From Octopus sinensis (Eukaryota): 64,000 bases of DNA. Positions 11,994 through 26,144 of this stretch are shown piece after piece. The stretch spans positions 3,815-67,814 of the forward strand of contig NW_021832392.1 in NCBI RefSeq assembly GCF_006345805.1, read 5' to 3'. The translations under genes were made by a program, and so were the position numbers. Position 1 is the stretch's first letter. Every line of letters begins with the position of its first letter. The notes beneath the pieces were generated by a model that was given only the letters and a program-made list of their open reading frames with translations, had not been told where the DNA came from and did no database searches.

Positions 11994-14229
11994 TCACTGG
12001 AATACTTCTGTATATACGATGTTCCTAGCTATCCGTTTGGGCGAAAACATGAAAACATCATTGCGCCTCCCAACGCGTGAACAGCCCACGTAGAGTTGAC
12101 CGTGGGCGAAGCACTGTTCGCCCAAATGTAACCCAGCGACTTGTAGCGTTTGGCCTTGGGATTTATTGATGGACATTGCGAAGCAGAGTTTAACAGGAAA
12201 CTGAGAACGCCTGAAGTGGATTGAAGGTGCATCCGTGGAATGAAGACGTCCTCTCCATTCCCACAACCGGTAAGTATTGTGGCCGTTATTAAATGTGGTG
12301 CCAATGTTTCACACACCAAACGTGTGCCGTTGCACTGTTTAGGTGGAACCAAATTCCTGATGAGCATAATGGCGCACCGACTTTTAACTTCAGGATGTGT
12401 GGTGGCAGGCCTGGCGGTTCAAGTGAATTCAGGAATTCAACAGGATAATCGGCAAGCTGGGCGGGGTCTGCTGTCCTATCTATAGATTTGTAACGTGGAC
12501 ATCACCAGGAATAGCTTCAAGTAGCTGGACATTGATGAGGTGACGGTTGTATTTTTGGGTGCGAGAATAGCTCTGCCTGCCAGCCATTTTAGGTCGCGTA
12601 AATTGTTTTGTAGGTCGTGGAAGACAGCGTCCCGGAGGCTAACAGGGGTGTCGACAATGGTGCAAAGTGAGTCCAATTGAACGTAGCCATCCGCATCAGA
12701 CAGCATCCTATTTTCACCGAGCGATAAGAGGTCCCTGGAGAATGCAGCGGATCCGCTGTCACCAATTAACTGCGCGCGCATGTTAGTTTGGAGGTGCAAG
12801 GGCCGCACATGTGCCCAAAGAGCTGACGACTTAAGGCACGCGAACACGGCATCGGCACGGGTTCCTTTTGGAATAACAGTTAGAGTCTGCCTGAAGTCTC
12901 CTGAAAGAAGTAAAGTTAATCCTCCCATGGGGGCCGTAGAGTCTCTGATGTCTTGCAGGGACCTGTCCAGTGCCTCAAGGGCGCCTTTGTGTGCCATAGT
13001 GCACTCGTCCCATACGATGAGTTTGCATCTGCGCAGAATGTCGGCATGTTCTGAGTTCTTGGCGATGTTGCAGATAGGTGACTCGGACTTTGCCAGATCG
13101 AGCGGGAGTCTGAAGGCAGAGTGGGCGGTTCTGGCACCGGAAGCAACGTGCCGCGATACCAGAGGAAGCTACAGCCAGGGCAATGTCCGTGTTGCGTCTG
13201 ACCTCTGCCAATTAGTTTAGTGACGAAGGTTTTGCCAGTGCCGCCGGGTGCATCAAGGAAGAAAATCCCTCCACGTTGCTGTCTGACAGAGTCTACGATG
13301 GTGTTGTAGGCTATGCGCTGGTCTGGAAGCAGCCGTGGTTCATTATCTTGGACGTACTGGTGCAGTTCCTCAATGCAGTAGGAAGTTTCGCGTAACAATT
13401 CAGCAGACATAACATTGGCGTGTTCACGTGTGGGTGGTGGAAGGCCGTACTCTGTTAAAGCAGACCCACCCATATCGATGACAGCGTCTTCGAGTTGAAT
13501 TAGCGCAAAATTGTAAATGAAGTTGGTGAACGTGATCTCGGCGGAAGGGCAGTGTTGCAGAGCCGTACGTAAGAAGTCGTGCGACATGTCATCCCTGTAT
13601 TTCATCCAGAGACTTAGTGGATCACTAAGCTGACATTTTTGAAGAAGGATTGCGAAAAGATGTCGTAGGGCCGAATGCGTTTGCAGTAAAGCGCCCTCTG
13701 CCATCGTGGCGTCCCACTGGGAGTCATCCTCTAGAAGGTCAAGTCTCATACATGCTTCCCTGAAGGTGTCGCACAGAACCCCATTGATGGTACGTATATT
13801 GGCGAAACCTGTTGGACCATTGACCTCATGTAGAAGGAGACGGAGGTAGAAGCACTCTTGCTGGTTTGGCGGGATGTTGTAAACTCGACCCAGGCAGAAG
13901 TCAAACTTGACGCCTGGGAAGCCTTCGACGTTTTTGCCGGATTTCCGTCGAACCCAGTGTTTTTTTTAGACCACACGAAGTACGATGGGACCTGTGGGTA
14001 CAAAAGCGTTCGAGCGAAGTCATCACGTTGGCATAATTTGAAGAAACCAGTCAACGTTGTGTCTTTAGGGCTGGTGGCTATCTGCACAGCACTTTGCTCT
14101 GTGAAGTAAATCCGCTGTCCATTTTCCAAGTGTACAGCAAGCTGCACCACAGCCGGGTGTCTCTGATGGAGCGGGAAGCCGTAAATGCGCCAAAACGCTT
14201 CGTTGCTGCTGAGGTACCGGCCAGCCAAG
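11994..14229 (-). pseudogene. Helitron RepHel C-terminal part: Pif1-family SF1 helicase, frameshifted
   Basis: Motifs include LAGRYLSSNEAFWRI, FFLDAPGGTGKT (Walker A), LLLSGDFRQ, NGTRL, QFPVKLCFAMSINKSQGQT and HGQLYVGCSRV, spread over several frames. Confidence 0.92.
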
Positions 14230-14234
<5 letters not shown>

Positions 14235-14275
<41 letters not shown>

Positions 14276-15893
14276 ATTTGGCTCAAAAGCAAATAGCAAG
14301 GCCATGTAGGGGGACATGGAGTTAAGTACAGGGTGGTGTTCATGTAAAGAGTTCAGGCCACTTGAGGTCCAGGGAGGCTCTGAACAAAGCGGTCGTCGGC
14401 ATCTTCACCATCTCGTCTGGCAGCTTGTTCCACGGATCCGCAACCCGGACGGAGAAAGCTCCTCTCCTTCGATTGAGATGAAATCGTCGCAGGTAGAGCT
14501 TTTCGGAATGACCCCGCAGCCGACGCTCCGGAGCAGGAGTGAAGAACAGCTCTTTCGAGAGGTTACACTTCCCGCTTATGATGTTGTGGGCGAGAATGAG
14601 ATCACCACGGCGGCGGCGGCGTTTTTCAAGAGAATAAAGGTCGAGCGTCCTCCTCAGCCTTTCTTCGTAGGACAAATTTTTGAGACCATGAACCATGCGG
14701 GTAGCCAGCCTCTGGACTCTTTCGAGATGCTGTATGTCTTTGAGAAGATAAGGAGAAGAGGCTTGAATCCCATACTCCAATATGGGTCTCACCAGCGTGA
14801 CATAGAGTGGCAGGAATATGGCTGCTGTGAGCATTCCGAATGACCGTCGAATCAAAAACAGAATTCCGCGCGCTTTGTTGGCAGCATGGAAGGCACTGGG
14901 CCGAAGGCGATAAGGAGGAATCCACCAAGATACCCAGGTCCTTTACCTGATCGGTCCTCTCCAGCAGCAGACGACCCGGCTCGAAATCAAGTTGAGTTGC
15001 AGGAGTAGAGCCGACAGGCAGATGACAGCACTTTGACACGTTCAGACACAGGTCCCAATCGTTAGACCACTTCCAAATTTGGTGGAGGCATCGACGAAGA
15101 TCCTATATACTACCGCGAGGAGCGACCAGTTTGATATCGTCGGCAAATAGAAGGGTGTGTTGCGTGAGGTCGTCGGGCAAGTCATTTATGAAGACTAAGA
15201 ACAACAAGAGCCCAAGCACTGAACCTTGAGGCACGCCACTGCTCGCACTGGAGACGTCGGACCGCGAACCATTAACTTGAACTTGGAAGGAGTGATCTGA
15301 GAGGAAGGCACCAACCCATCGTACAATATCCGGATGGAAACTATATGCTCGGTGGTTTACCGAGTCAAAAGCTTTGGCAAAGTCCAATAAAACGATGTCA
15401 ACAGCATCACTATCATCGAGGATGCACGTCACCAATTCTTCCATTACTAGTAAGTTGGTCAAGCATGATCTCTTCGGCACGAAGCCGTGTTGGGAATCAG
15501 TGATCGAGGCTGTGTTTAGGAGGTGGAGCATCATACTTTTCTTAAGGATGGTTTCGAACATCTTGCTGATTATTGATGTAAGGGAAACCGGTCGGTAGTT
15601 AAGCGGGTCTTCGCGGCTCCCTTTCTTGAAAATTGGCAGATTATCGCTGTTCTCCAGTCTGCAGGTATAACACCCGTCGCCAATGACATATTGAATAGTC
15701 GTGTTAAGGGCTCGCAGATGACCGGAGCCAACGCTTTGATAACCGTGGGTGTATGCCATAAGGGCCGTGACCCTTGTTGACATCGATGCCTTGGATAACA
15801 CGTTTGACTTCGTCCGCGTGATGATCAATCGAAGCATTGGAGGTACCGATCTATCAAATGGAGGGGGTTCACGACCATCATCTTGTTTGAAAA
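14235..15893 (-). mobile_element. 5'-truncated CR1-type LINE inserted into the Helitron
   Basis: RT motifs NYRPVSLTS, LDFAKAFDSV, GVPQGSVLG and FADD; CR1-type C-terminus LYSLEKRR..RGDLI and WNKLP; (CTAA)n tail at 14231-14276. Confidence 0.9.
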
Positions 15894-15898
15894 TAGTT

Positions 15899-18514
15899 GG
15901 ACACTTCGTCGCGACTGGTGGTCCTCTGGATGCTGAACATGGCAACATCGCTGCCTTTGTTGATATATTTGCAGACATATTGTATTGACCTGATGGAGCT
16001 GCAGAACTCAACGTTGACGTGGGCTTTGAATATCTTCGACAGGAGAGGACAGTAGGGGACAATGTAGCTGTTGTCCACTTGATGTCGCCCAACCGTAATC
16101 GTGCGGCCTCCATTGGCTCGACTCCTTCGTTTGTACAGCGGATACCCATCGCCGCCTGTTTGAGTCTCCAAAGTGAACCGTTTAGGGAATCCCTCCTTTG
16201 AGCAGGCTAATCCGTTTTTGTAGCATGGTGTGTTGGCGTAATTTGGTCCACAGGGCCCGTGTACCATGGTAGTGCGGACAATTTCGTAGAGTCCGGGGTC
16301 CTCATCGGGGTCAGGAATCTCGGCGGAAATGAATTTGTCAATGTCATTAGTCTCGATTTTATGAGTGAGCCAAATTAAGACGTGAGCATGTGGCAAGCCC
16401 CTCTTTTGCCACTCGACCGAAAACGTGGCACCTGACATGCCCGAAAATCTGACCCTTAACTATCAAATCCTTAATTTTGCCCAAATTCAGACGGAAAACC
16501 CTAGCAACGATGTCGTGTCGATGGGTGTGAGATTGACCCGGGAGGAGTTCGCGAGTGATTTCGTCGCAGCTGGGATTGCACGTGTAGGTGATAAAGAGGT
16601 CCGGCCGGCCGTAAATGCGCACGTAGGTCAAGGCGTCTTGGGTCCTTTCACGCATATATCGCGGTCGTCCCGTGAAGGTGGAGGGTAGAATGCATGGCTT
16701 GCCGATGTTGCGAGGGTCATTTTCTTGTTGCAAACCGTCACGGAGATGAATGTAGGAGTCGGAGCGAAGTTTGGTCTGATTAAGTTTAATGTATAGCAGC
16801 CTTTCCGATTCCATTTTTGCGGCCATGTCGACGGCGAACTGGTTGAATAGCTGACGACAACGGGGCAATAAGCTGAACTCACCCTCCCTGACCATGAACC
16901 GATATGAGTAGAACGCCCTGCAGGAAACCGTCTTTGATGCCGCAGTAGTTTGATTGGAGGGCTGCCGTAAAGGAATTCCGAAGTGGTAGCCGTCTTCACC
17001 ATAAGGGAAAAGCAATGGATACTGAAGCGCGTCATAAGATCTGTGAGTCTCGCTGATCCTGTGTAGGTTGTTACCACGGGAGGAGATGATTATGTCACGG
17101 CTGTTGTGCCGCTCTCCGTGTATGACTGCGGCAATTTCGTTGCACGCAGGTGCGTTGAAACGGCGTTCGTGCTCCCCGTGGGGTCGTTTATCAGCATCAA
17201 TGACAACGGTGAAGTTTGGAGATGGAACACTGTCCAAGACATATCTGAAGCTGCAGACGTAGCTGTTGATATCATGAAGCATGGTTTGGAGACGGAGAAG
17301 AATGTCTTTGCGGCGGGGAACATAGCTTGTACCCGGTATTATTCCAAGGCGTGCATCAACCTGGTGGTTGTAGTCGGCAATGAAGTATATTTGGAGGAAA
17401 GAAGACTGCTGGATCTCGTCTGGCAGAAGTGACCCAATAAGATGGTAGACCTGTCCCTGCACTTTGAAAGTAGGCATCCAGCCTTCTCTGGGAGGAATTT
17501 TGGCCCCGAAAGAGGTCATTTGGAATGAGCAGTTGTACTTTCGAATTATTTCAAGGAATTGTGACGATTCGGGGGTTAAACCCGCCGCGAGATCCTTCAG
17601 TGGTTGAGGTGGTTCCCGTAGGGGTGGCAGGTCCACTTTGCCACCAGAGCAGCAGCACAAACCAGGTGGCTCTCCGGGCCATTTCTTGGCTTTGCAAAAC
17701 TGGCATACAATTCTCATTGACCCTATCTTGATGTCGTCACGCAAGGAGAAGTTAATTGTGGCGTCGTAGTTGAATGCTATAGTGACAACCAGAAAGCGGG
17801 GGAAGGGGTACGTACACCAAGAATGATATCCCGACGTTTGTTGATACTCTCAAGTCGAGTGCACCGTGCCTCAGCAGATTCAGATGCACGTGCGACAGCG
17901 GTAGCAGTGGCATCCCTTGAAAGCCTTTCAGCTCTCGCCTCAGCACCCTCTGAAGCCCTAGCAGAAGCAGTGTTAATGGCCTGTCTGGATGTCCGAATAT
18001 TTCGTTGGTGCGGAGTTTCGGCAGATCGAGCCCTGGCTGTGTTTGCGGCGTTAGCAGCTTGGCGAGCTCTCCTCTGTTGAGGTGTTTCGGCAGCTTGGGC
18101 TATGGCTTTGTTTGCGGCGTCAGCATCTTGGCGAGTTCTCCTCTGCTGTGAGGTTTCGACAGATCGTGTCCTGGCGGTGCTAGTGGCGTTAGCCGCATTC
18201 CGAATGGCCCTTCTTTGTTCGGGGTTCTCGCGAGCTCTGCGGATGGAAGCACAGTAAGAAGCCCGCATGTTTTGGCTGGACTGTTGCTCTTTCGTCAACC
18301 TCGAGCGGAGGGAAGATCTGTACGCTGCGACCCTTGCAAGTCGGGTAGAACGGTCGCTAGTAGTTTCAGATGCCTGAGCAGCGGCATAACGGGAAGCTGT
18401 TTGCGAGAAGCGCAAGGCGGTTTCCTCGTGGGTCTCGCGTGCCCTTCTAGCCCTAGCAGCCGATGCCTTGGCCGTCCGAGGGCTGAGGAGGGTCCTTCTC
18501 TTCTTGGGTGGCAT
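15899..18514 (-). pseudogene. Helitron RepHel N-terminal part: MPPKKRR start, 23-aa repeats, Cys-rich finger, HUH Rep domain
   Basis: ATG at 18514, then CQFCKAKKW...CCCSGGKV, Rep motifs VEWQKRGLPHAH and YVCKYINKG. Frameshifts lie near 17790 and 16430. Confidence 0.9.
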
Positions 18515-18634
18515 TTTGGTGGATAGCAATGTGTTTGGCAAAGGTGTAATAAAAAGGAACACGTGGGGTAAGTATTTTGGTGGATAGCAATGTGTTTGGT
18601 AAAGGTGTAATAAAAAGGAGCTCGTGGGGTAAGT
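18513..18634. repeat. Two 61-bp direct repeats just upstream of the Helitron ATG
   Basis: ATTTTGGTGGATAGCAATGTGTTTGG(C/T)AAAGGTGTAATAAAAAGGA occurs at 18513 and 18574. Confidence 0.85.
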
Positions 18635-19736
18635 ATCCGAAAATGTATAAAAATGTACAAAAACGGCCAAAAAGCGGGTAGCAATGTGAGTGACAACAAC
18701 GAAAAAGTCAAAAGTGATCAAACTGAACAAACGAAAGGAAAAGTTTTTTTGATGCACACGACAAAAGTGGTTTATAATAAACCAAGAGTTTGCAAGTAGC
18801 GTCCGAGGACCGTTAGGGTACGTCAAAAATTGAAGGTAAAACGTTTGGGGTGGTAGTTATAAAGAAAGTTTAAACAAAAAAAGTATTCGAATAACTTGCG
18901 GCTGCAGCAGCTATTAGCAGAAGTGGCGGTGTTGGGGGTAAAGTCTCGAATGTAATTTCTTCCTGGTAGGAATTGGTTGGATCGAATTATCGATAGCTAA
19001 CAAGGTCAAGTTGCGTCCCCTAGGCAGTCTGGTTTGTGTTTAATACACAAATTTGTTTGCTATGTGTGCCACATATGATTAAATTAACCGATTTTTTCCA
19101 ATAATGTATCCTATTGGAATAAAAAGGGCTATATAGCTCCTTGGAGCAGACATGATGCTCGTTGTGAAAAAAAAAAAAAAATTCCTGCCAATTTGCGAAA
19201 GATATTGTCGAAAATATGTCATCTTGAATTTGAACGCGATTTCCCAAAATGGCATGATTTTATCGACTGTTTCTGATGGTAGGGTATTGCATGGAAAACT
19301 AACTTCAGAATTGAGTTTCTTAGGGTAACATTAAGCTTCACCATGAGTTTGGTGAAAATCGATTGCAAGTTGTGAAAACTACCATAGATAATGCGTTGCA
19401 TAAAAAAAGGTTAGATTCTCGAGTTGCGTCCCCTAGATAGTCTGTGGTTCGTGTTTCTGATTCTCGACCCCATGTCGAATTTATCAATTTTTTTCAGAAC
19501 TGGGGGAACTTTTCAAAATTTTCGCTACGTTAGTTTTGAATTATGACATTGGGCTATGTGTGTGTCAAGTTTCATCAGAATCGGTTGAAAGCCGTGGTCA
19601 GAGTGAGGGTACGAGAAAACAGACACACAGAAACACGCACAGACAAACTGCCGTTTATATATATTATATATATAATTATATATATATAATATATATATAT
19701 ATATTATATTATATATATATATATATATACATATAT

Positions 19737-20420
19737 ACGACAGGCTTCTTTCAGTTTCAGTCTACCAAATCCACTCACAAGGCATTGGTCGGCCCTGGGC
19801 TATAGCAGAAGACACTTGCCCAAGATGCCACGCAGTGGGACTGAACCCGGAGCCATGTGGTTGGTTAGCAAACTACTTACCACACAGCCACCCCTAAGTC
19901 TATATACATATATACGACAGGCTTCTTTCAGTTTCCGTCCACCAAATCCACTCACAAGGCATTGGTCGGCCCGGGGCTATAGCAGAAAACACTTGCCCAA
20001 GATGCCACGCAGTGGGACTGAACCCGGAGCCAAGTGGTTGGTTAGCAAGCTACTTACCACACAGCCACTCCTGCGCCTATATATATATACATATATATAT
20101 ATATACGTAAACATATACATATACATACATAAACATATACATATATATATATATATGTTTTTATTTTCCTTGTTTCAGTCATCTAACTGTGGCCATGCTG
20201 GAGCATCGCCTTTAGTCGAGCAAATCGATCCCAAGACTTATTCTTTTCAAGCCTAGCGTTTCTTACCAAGCGGCTAATTGACGGGGATGTAAACACCCCA
20301 GCATCGGTTGTCAAGCGATGTTGAAGGGGGACAAACAGACACAAACACTCACACACACACATATATGTATACATTTATATACGATGGGCTTCTTTCAGTT
20401 TCTATCTACAAAATCTATTC
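19737..20420 (-). mobile_element. Two tandem SINE heads plus a SINE tail
   Basis: Heads at 19737-19890 and 19913-20076, tail at ~20165-20340; the arrangement parallels 7170-7810. Confidence 0.8.
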
Positions 20421-21181
20421 ATAAATACACACACACACACACACACCACACACACACATATGTGTGTTTTCCTTTCTGTGTCTGCGTGCGCGCGTTTCCA
20501 GTTTATTGCTTGTGCGTGTGTGTGTGTGTGTGTGTGTGCGCTCTAGTGTGTGCGTGTGTGTGTGCGTGTGAGTGTGTAACTGAGTATTTTCATTTTTGTG
20601 TGTGTGTGTGTTGTGTTTGTCCGTATGTATGTGTGCGTGTGTGAGTGTGAGTGTGCGTGTGTATTTTCGTTTCTGTGTGTGAGTGTTTGAGTGTGTAACT
20701 GTGCATTTTCAATTTTGTGTGTGTATGCTTGTGGGCGTTTGTGTGTGTGTCGTTACGCACGCACTGGTGTCGAAAGGCACAAACGCACACATACACACAC
20801 ACAATTGAAAATACAGTCACACACGTACACACCTTTTCCCTGAGTTGCTTAGCAACGGGTTATAATAGAGAAGAATAGTTTTATATTGAGAGGGAGAGAG
20901 AAACTTATATGTTGTATAGTGAGTTAAATACAGACAGACAGACAGACAGACAGAGAGAGAGGGGTAGACAGAGAGAGAGAAGAAGGCCTTAAGTACTGAT
21001 GAAATTAAATGGCGTGAGTGGGGTGGGTCAGCAAAAGATACAGAAAATTCAGGTATCCTGTCAACAGAAACTTTGCATTTCCAATTCTGTCTCAGATACA
21101 ATCTAACTTTACAATGGCAAACGAAATGAAATGTATATTTCAAGTCAGCGATAATCGGAAGATTTTAAAAATACACGCAGA

Positions 21182-21216
<35 letters not shown>

Positions 21217-21865
21217 TTGAAAATACAGTCACACACGCACACACCTTTTCCCTGAGTTGCTTAGCAACGGGTAATAATAGAGAAAAATAGTTTTATATTG
21301 AGAGAGAGAGAAACTCATATGTTAGATAGTGAGTTAAATACAGACAGAGAGAGAGCGTAAAAGACAGAGAGAGAGAGACAGACAGAGAGAAGAAGATCTT
21401 AAGTAACTTTCTGATGAAATTAAATGGAGTCGTTCAGTTTGTCTGCAAAAGATACAATCGAACGCTACAGTAGCTAAACCTCTTTCGCTTCATTTTTCGG
21501 TTACAAAACCAAATGTCTATTTCATATGTCACCAAAAATCGGAAGATTTTAAAGATACACGCAGACAAACACACACACAGACACACACACGCACGCGCAC
21601 GCGCACACGCACACGCACACACACACACACACATACATACATACATACATATGTATATATATTTCAAAATAGAAAATTACCCTTTAACATGCAATTTTAA
21701 CATGCTAGAAATAGCAGCAAAGATTGCTACGATCCATTATTTTCTGGCAAATTTTGAAGTCCATGAAAAATAAAGACCTTTATCTTTTTATATATGTATA
21801 TATATATACATCTACATATATATATATACACACACACACATATGTATAGATATATAGATATATAG

Positions 21866-21896
<31 letters not shown>

Positions 21897-21939
21897 ATAT
21901 ACATAAATATATAACTATATAAATATATATATATAAATA

Positions 21940-22312
<373 letters not shown>

Positions 22313-22354
22313 CTTATTTTATCGAACTTTCGTTAGCTTTGGCTGCCATTTCTC

Positions 22355-23340
22355 AAATCGTCAATGAAGAAGCAGACCGAACTGAACTCCAGTCTGATCT
22401 ATATGCTGTGAGTCAATGGGCAGACAGAAACAAAATGCAACTGAACGAGGGAAAATTTGAGCTGATGCATTTTGGAAGAAACTCCTCACTAAAACAGCCA
22501 TACTCTCTTCCTTCAGGGGAACCGCTCACAGCCTCTGACAATATCAGAGACCTGGGTGTAATTGTTGATGACGATCTCAGTTGGAGTGCACACATCAACA
22601 AGAAGGTCGATATAGCTCGTAGGATGAGTTCCTGGATCTTAAGAACTTTCCGGTCCAGAGAACAAGGTGTCATCATATCACTTTTTTCCTCCTTTGTACG
22701 GCCACACCTTGAATACTGCTGCCCACTGTGGTCTCCTCACACAAGACAAAACATCTCCAGAATTGAGTCACCCCAGAGGGCACTCACTAAACGCATTGAA
22801 GGCATGGCTGCTCTCGATTATTGGGATCGCCTTAAAGCCTTGAAACTTTACTCCCTCCAGCGTCGCCGTGAGCGGTACATCATTTGTACGATGTGGAAAA
22901 TATACCGTCAACTTTGCCCAAACGACCTAAACATTAGCTTCAAGTTCATCCAAGACTTGGACCACGGGCTATACGTCCCCTGCCCAATTCAAGATCACAA
23001 CATACATGTACACTGCAGCACAATTTCTTTTCCTCAACAGGCCCTGCCCTATTTAACATTGTCCCGAGAGAGATCAAAGAGGAAAAGGATCCCATCAACT
23101 TTAAACAGAGTCTGGATAGATTCCTTCAAAGAATACCAGATAAGCCACCCATAATTGGATATAACTCACCCAACAAGAACTCACTACTTGAACAAAACTG
23201 GATACAACTCACCCAACAAGAACTCACTACTTGAACAAAACTTGACTTAAACAAAACTTGACTTAAACAGGATTCGAATAATCCTATCAGGTGGTGCTAT
23301 TAAGTTAGACATGGCCTGGACCAATCTTTGTTCGAAACAT
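22355..23340 (+). mobile_element. 3' fragment of a second Proto2/CR1-group LINE
   Basis: Reads LQSDLYAVSQWADRNKMQL...IRDLGVIVDDDL...LYSLQRRRERYIICTMWKI; after a frameshift near 22940 it continues LDRFLQRIPDKPPIIGYNSPNKNSLL. The tail is (ATCTAAGTTT)2 followed by (AT)n. Confidence 0.88.
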
Positions 23341-23355
23341 ATCTAAGTTTATCTA

Positions 23356-23443
<88 letters not shown>

Positions 23444-23529
23444 CATATACAACATGAGAAAATGGAGAAATACATCTAAATCATTAATCAATTATCAGAT
23501 AATACTTTATTAAACCCTGTCTCAATTTG

Positions 23530-23572
<43 letters not shown>

Positions 23573-24946
23573 CAGTTACGCAATGGCGTCGATATAATCG
23601 CCTTAATCCGTATGTCTGTCTTTGTTTGTCCCCTCTGTGTTTAGCCTCTTATGGGTAGTAAAGAAATAGGTATTTCGGCTGCCGCTACGCTCTGAGTTCA
23701 AATTCCGCCGAGGTCGACTTTGGCTGCCATTTCTAGCATATGGATATCCTTCTTGAAGGCCTGATCGATTTGCTTGACTAAATGCGGTGCTCCAGCATGG
23801 CCACAATTAAATGACTGAAACAAGTAAAATAAAAGAACATATATATATATATATATATGTTTTGATTTTCCTTGTTTCAGTCATTTGACTGTGGCCATGC
23901 TGGAGCACCGCATTTAGTCGAGCAAATCAATCCCAAGACATTATCTTTAAGCCTAGCCGTTCTTGTCAAGCGATGTTGGAGGGTGAGGGGAAACAGACAC
24001 ACACACTCACACACACATATATGTATACATTTATATACGATGGGCTTCTTTCAGTTTCCATCTACCAAATCTATTCATACATACACACACACAAACACAG
24101 ACACACATGTGTGTTTTCATTTCTGTGTCTGCGTGCGCGCGAGTTTCCAGTTCATTGTTTGTGCGTGTGTGTGTGTGTGTGCGCGCGCGCTAGTGTATGC
24201 GTGTGGGCGTGTGTGTGTGGGTGTGTAACTGTGTATTTTCATTTGTGTGTGTGTGTGTTTGTCCGTATGTGTGTGTGCGTGTGTGAGTGTGAGTGTGTCT
24301 GAGTATTTTCATTTCTGTGTGTGTTTATGACTGGTTTTAATTATGTGTGCGTGTGTATTTTCGTTTCTGTGTGTGAGTGTTTCAGTGTGTAACTGTGCAT
24401 TTTCAATTTTGTGTGTGTATGCTTGTGGGCGTTTGTGTGTGTGTCGTTACGCACGCACTGGTGTCGAAAGGCACAAACGCACACATACACACACACAATT
24501 GAAAATACAGTCACACACGTACACACCTTTTCCCTGAGTTGCTTAGCAACGGGTTATAATAGAGAAGAATAGTTTTATATTGAGAGAGAGAGAGAAACTT
24601 ATATGTTGTATAGTGAGTTAAATACAGACAGACAGACAGACAGAGAGAGGTAGACAGAGAGAGAGGGGTAGACAGAGAGAGAGAAGAAGGCCTTAAGTAC
24701 TGATGAAATTAAATGGCGTGAGTGGGGTGGGTCAGCAAAAGATACAGAAAATTCAGGTATCCTGTCAACAGAAACTTTGCATTTCCAATTCTGTCTCAGA
24801 TACAATCTAACTTTACAATGGCAAACGAAATGAAATGTATATTTCAAGTCAGCGATAATCGGAAGATTTTAAAAATACACGCAGACAAACACACACACAC
24901 ACACGCACACACACACACACGCACACACACACACACGCACACACAC

Positions 24947-24986
<40 letters not shown>

Positions 24987-25400
24987 TTGAAAATACAGTC
25001 ACACACGCACACACCTTTTCCCTGAGTTGCTTAGCAACGGGTAATAATAGAGAAAAATAGTTTTATATTGAGAGAGAGAGAAACTCATATGTTAGATAGT
25101 GAGTTAAATACAGACAGAGAGAGAGCGTAAAAGACAGAGAGAGAGAGACAGACAGAGAGAAGATCTTAAGTAACTTTCTGATGAAATTAAATGGAGTCGT
25201 TCAGTTTGTCTGCAAAAGATACAATCGAACGCTACAGTAGCTAAACCTCTTTCGCTTCATTTTTCGGTTACAAAACCAAATGTCTATTTCATATGTCACC
25301 AAAAATCGGAAGATTTTAAAGATACACGCAGACAAACACACACACAGACACACACACGCACGCGCACGCGCACACGCACACGCACACACACACACACACA

Positions 25401-25431
<31 letters not shown>

Positions 25432-25642
25432 GTATATATATTTCAAAATAGAAAATTACCCTTTAACATGCAATTTTAACATGCTAGAAATAGCAGCAAA
25501 GATTGCTACGATCCATTATTTTCTGGCAAATTTTGAAGTCCATGAAAAATAAAGACCTTTATCTTTTTATATATGTATATATATATACATCTACATATAT
25601 ATATATACACACACACACATATGTATAGATATATAGATATAT

Positions 25643-25696
<54 letters not shown>

Positions 25697-25739
25697 TATA
25701 TATATAATATACATAAATATATAAATATATATATAAATA

Positions 25740-25789
<50 letters not shown>

Positions 25790-25790
25790 T

Positions 25791-25842
<52 letters not shown>

Positions 25843-25854
25843 GAGGGAGAGAGA

Positions 25855-25928
<74 letters not shown>

Positions 25929-26022
25929 GAGAGAGAGAGAGAGGGAGAGAGAGAGAGAGAGATAGAGTGAGAGAGAGAGATAGAGTGAGAGAGAGAGAGA
26001 GATAGAGTGAGAGAGAGAGAGA

Positions 26023-26074
<52 letters not shown>

Positions 26075-26144
26075 GGAGAGAGAGATAGAGAGAGAGAGAG
26101 AGACTTATTTTATCGAACTTTCGTTAGCTTTGGCTGCCATTTCT

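Larger units (their letters stand above)
11872..19660 (-). mobile_element. Autonomous-type Helitron (RepHel), decayed, with nested CR1 insertion
   Basis: The 3' end reads CCCGGGCAACGCCGGGC (hairpin) TATGCTGCTAG|T at 11872. Rep and Pif1 helicase coding remnants are present. The 5' end runs into (AT)n near 19660 and the terminal TC is not resolved. Confidence 0.92.

Noticed and set aside
18515-18826. N-terminal extension of the 349-aa Helitron ORF
   Set aside because: It starts at a non-ATG codon and runs through the 61-bp repeats. MPPKKRR at 18514 is the more plausible start.
23285-23320. Second LINE 3' UTR (GGTGGTGC...CATGGCC) as another SINE-tail match
   Set aside because: Only two short blocks match, with different spacing and no equivalent terminal hairpin; this is too weak to claim.
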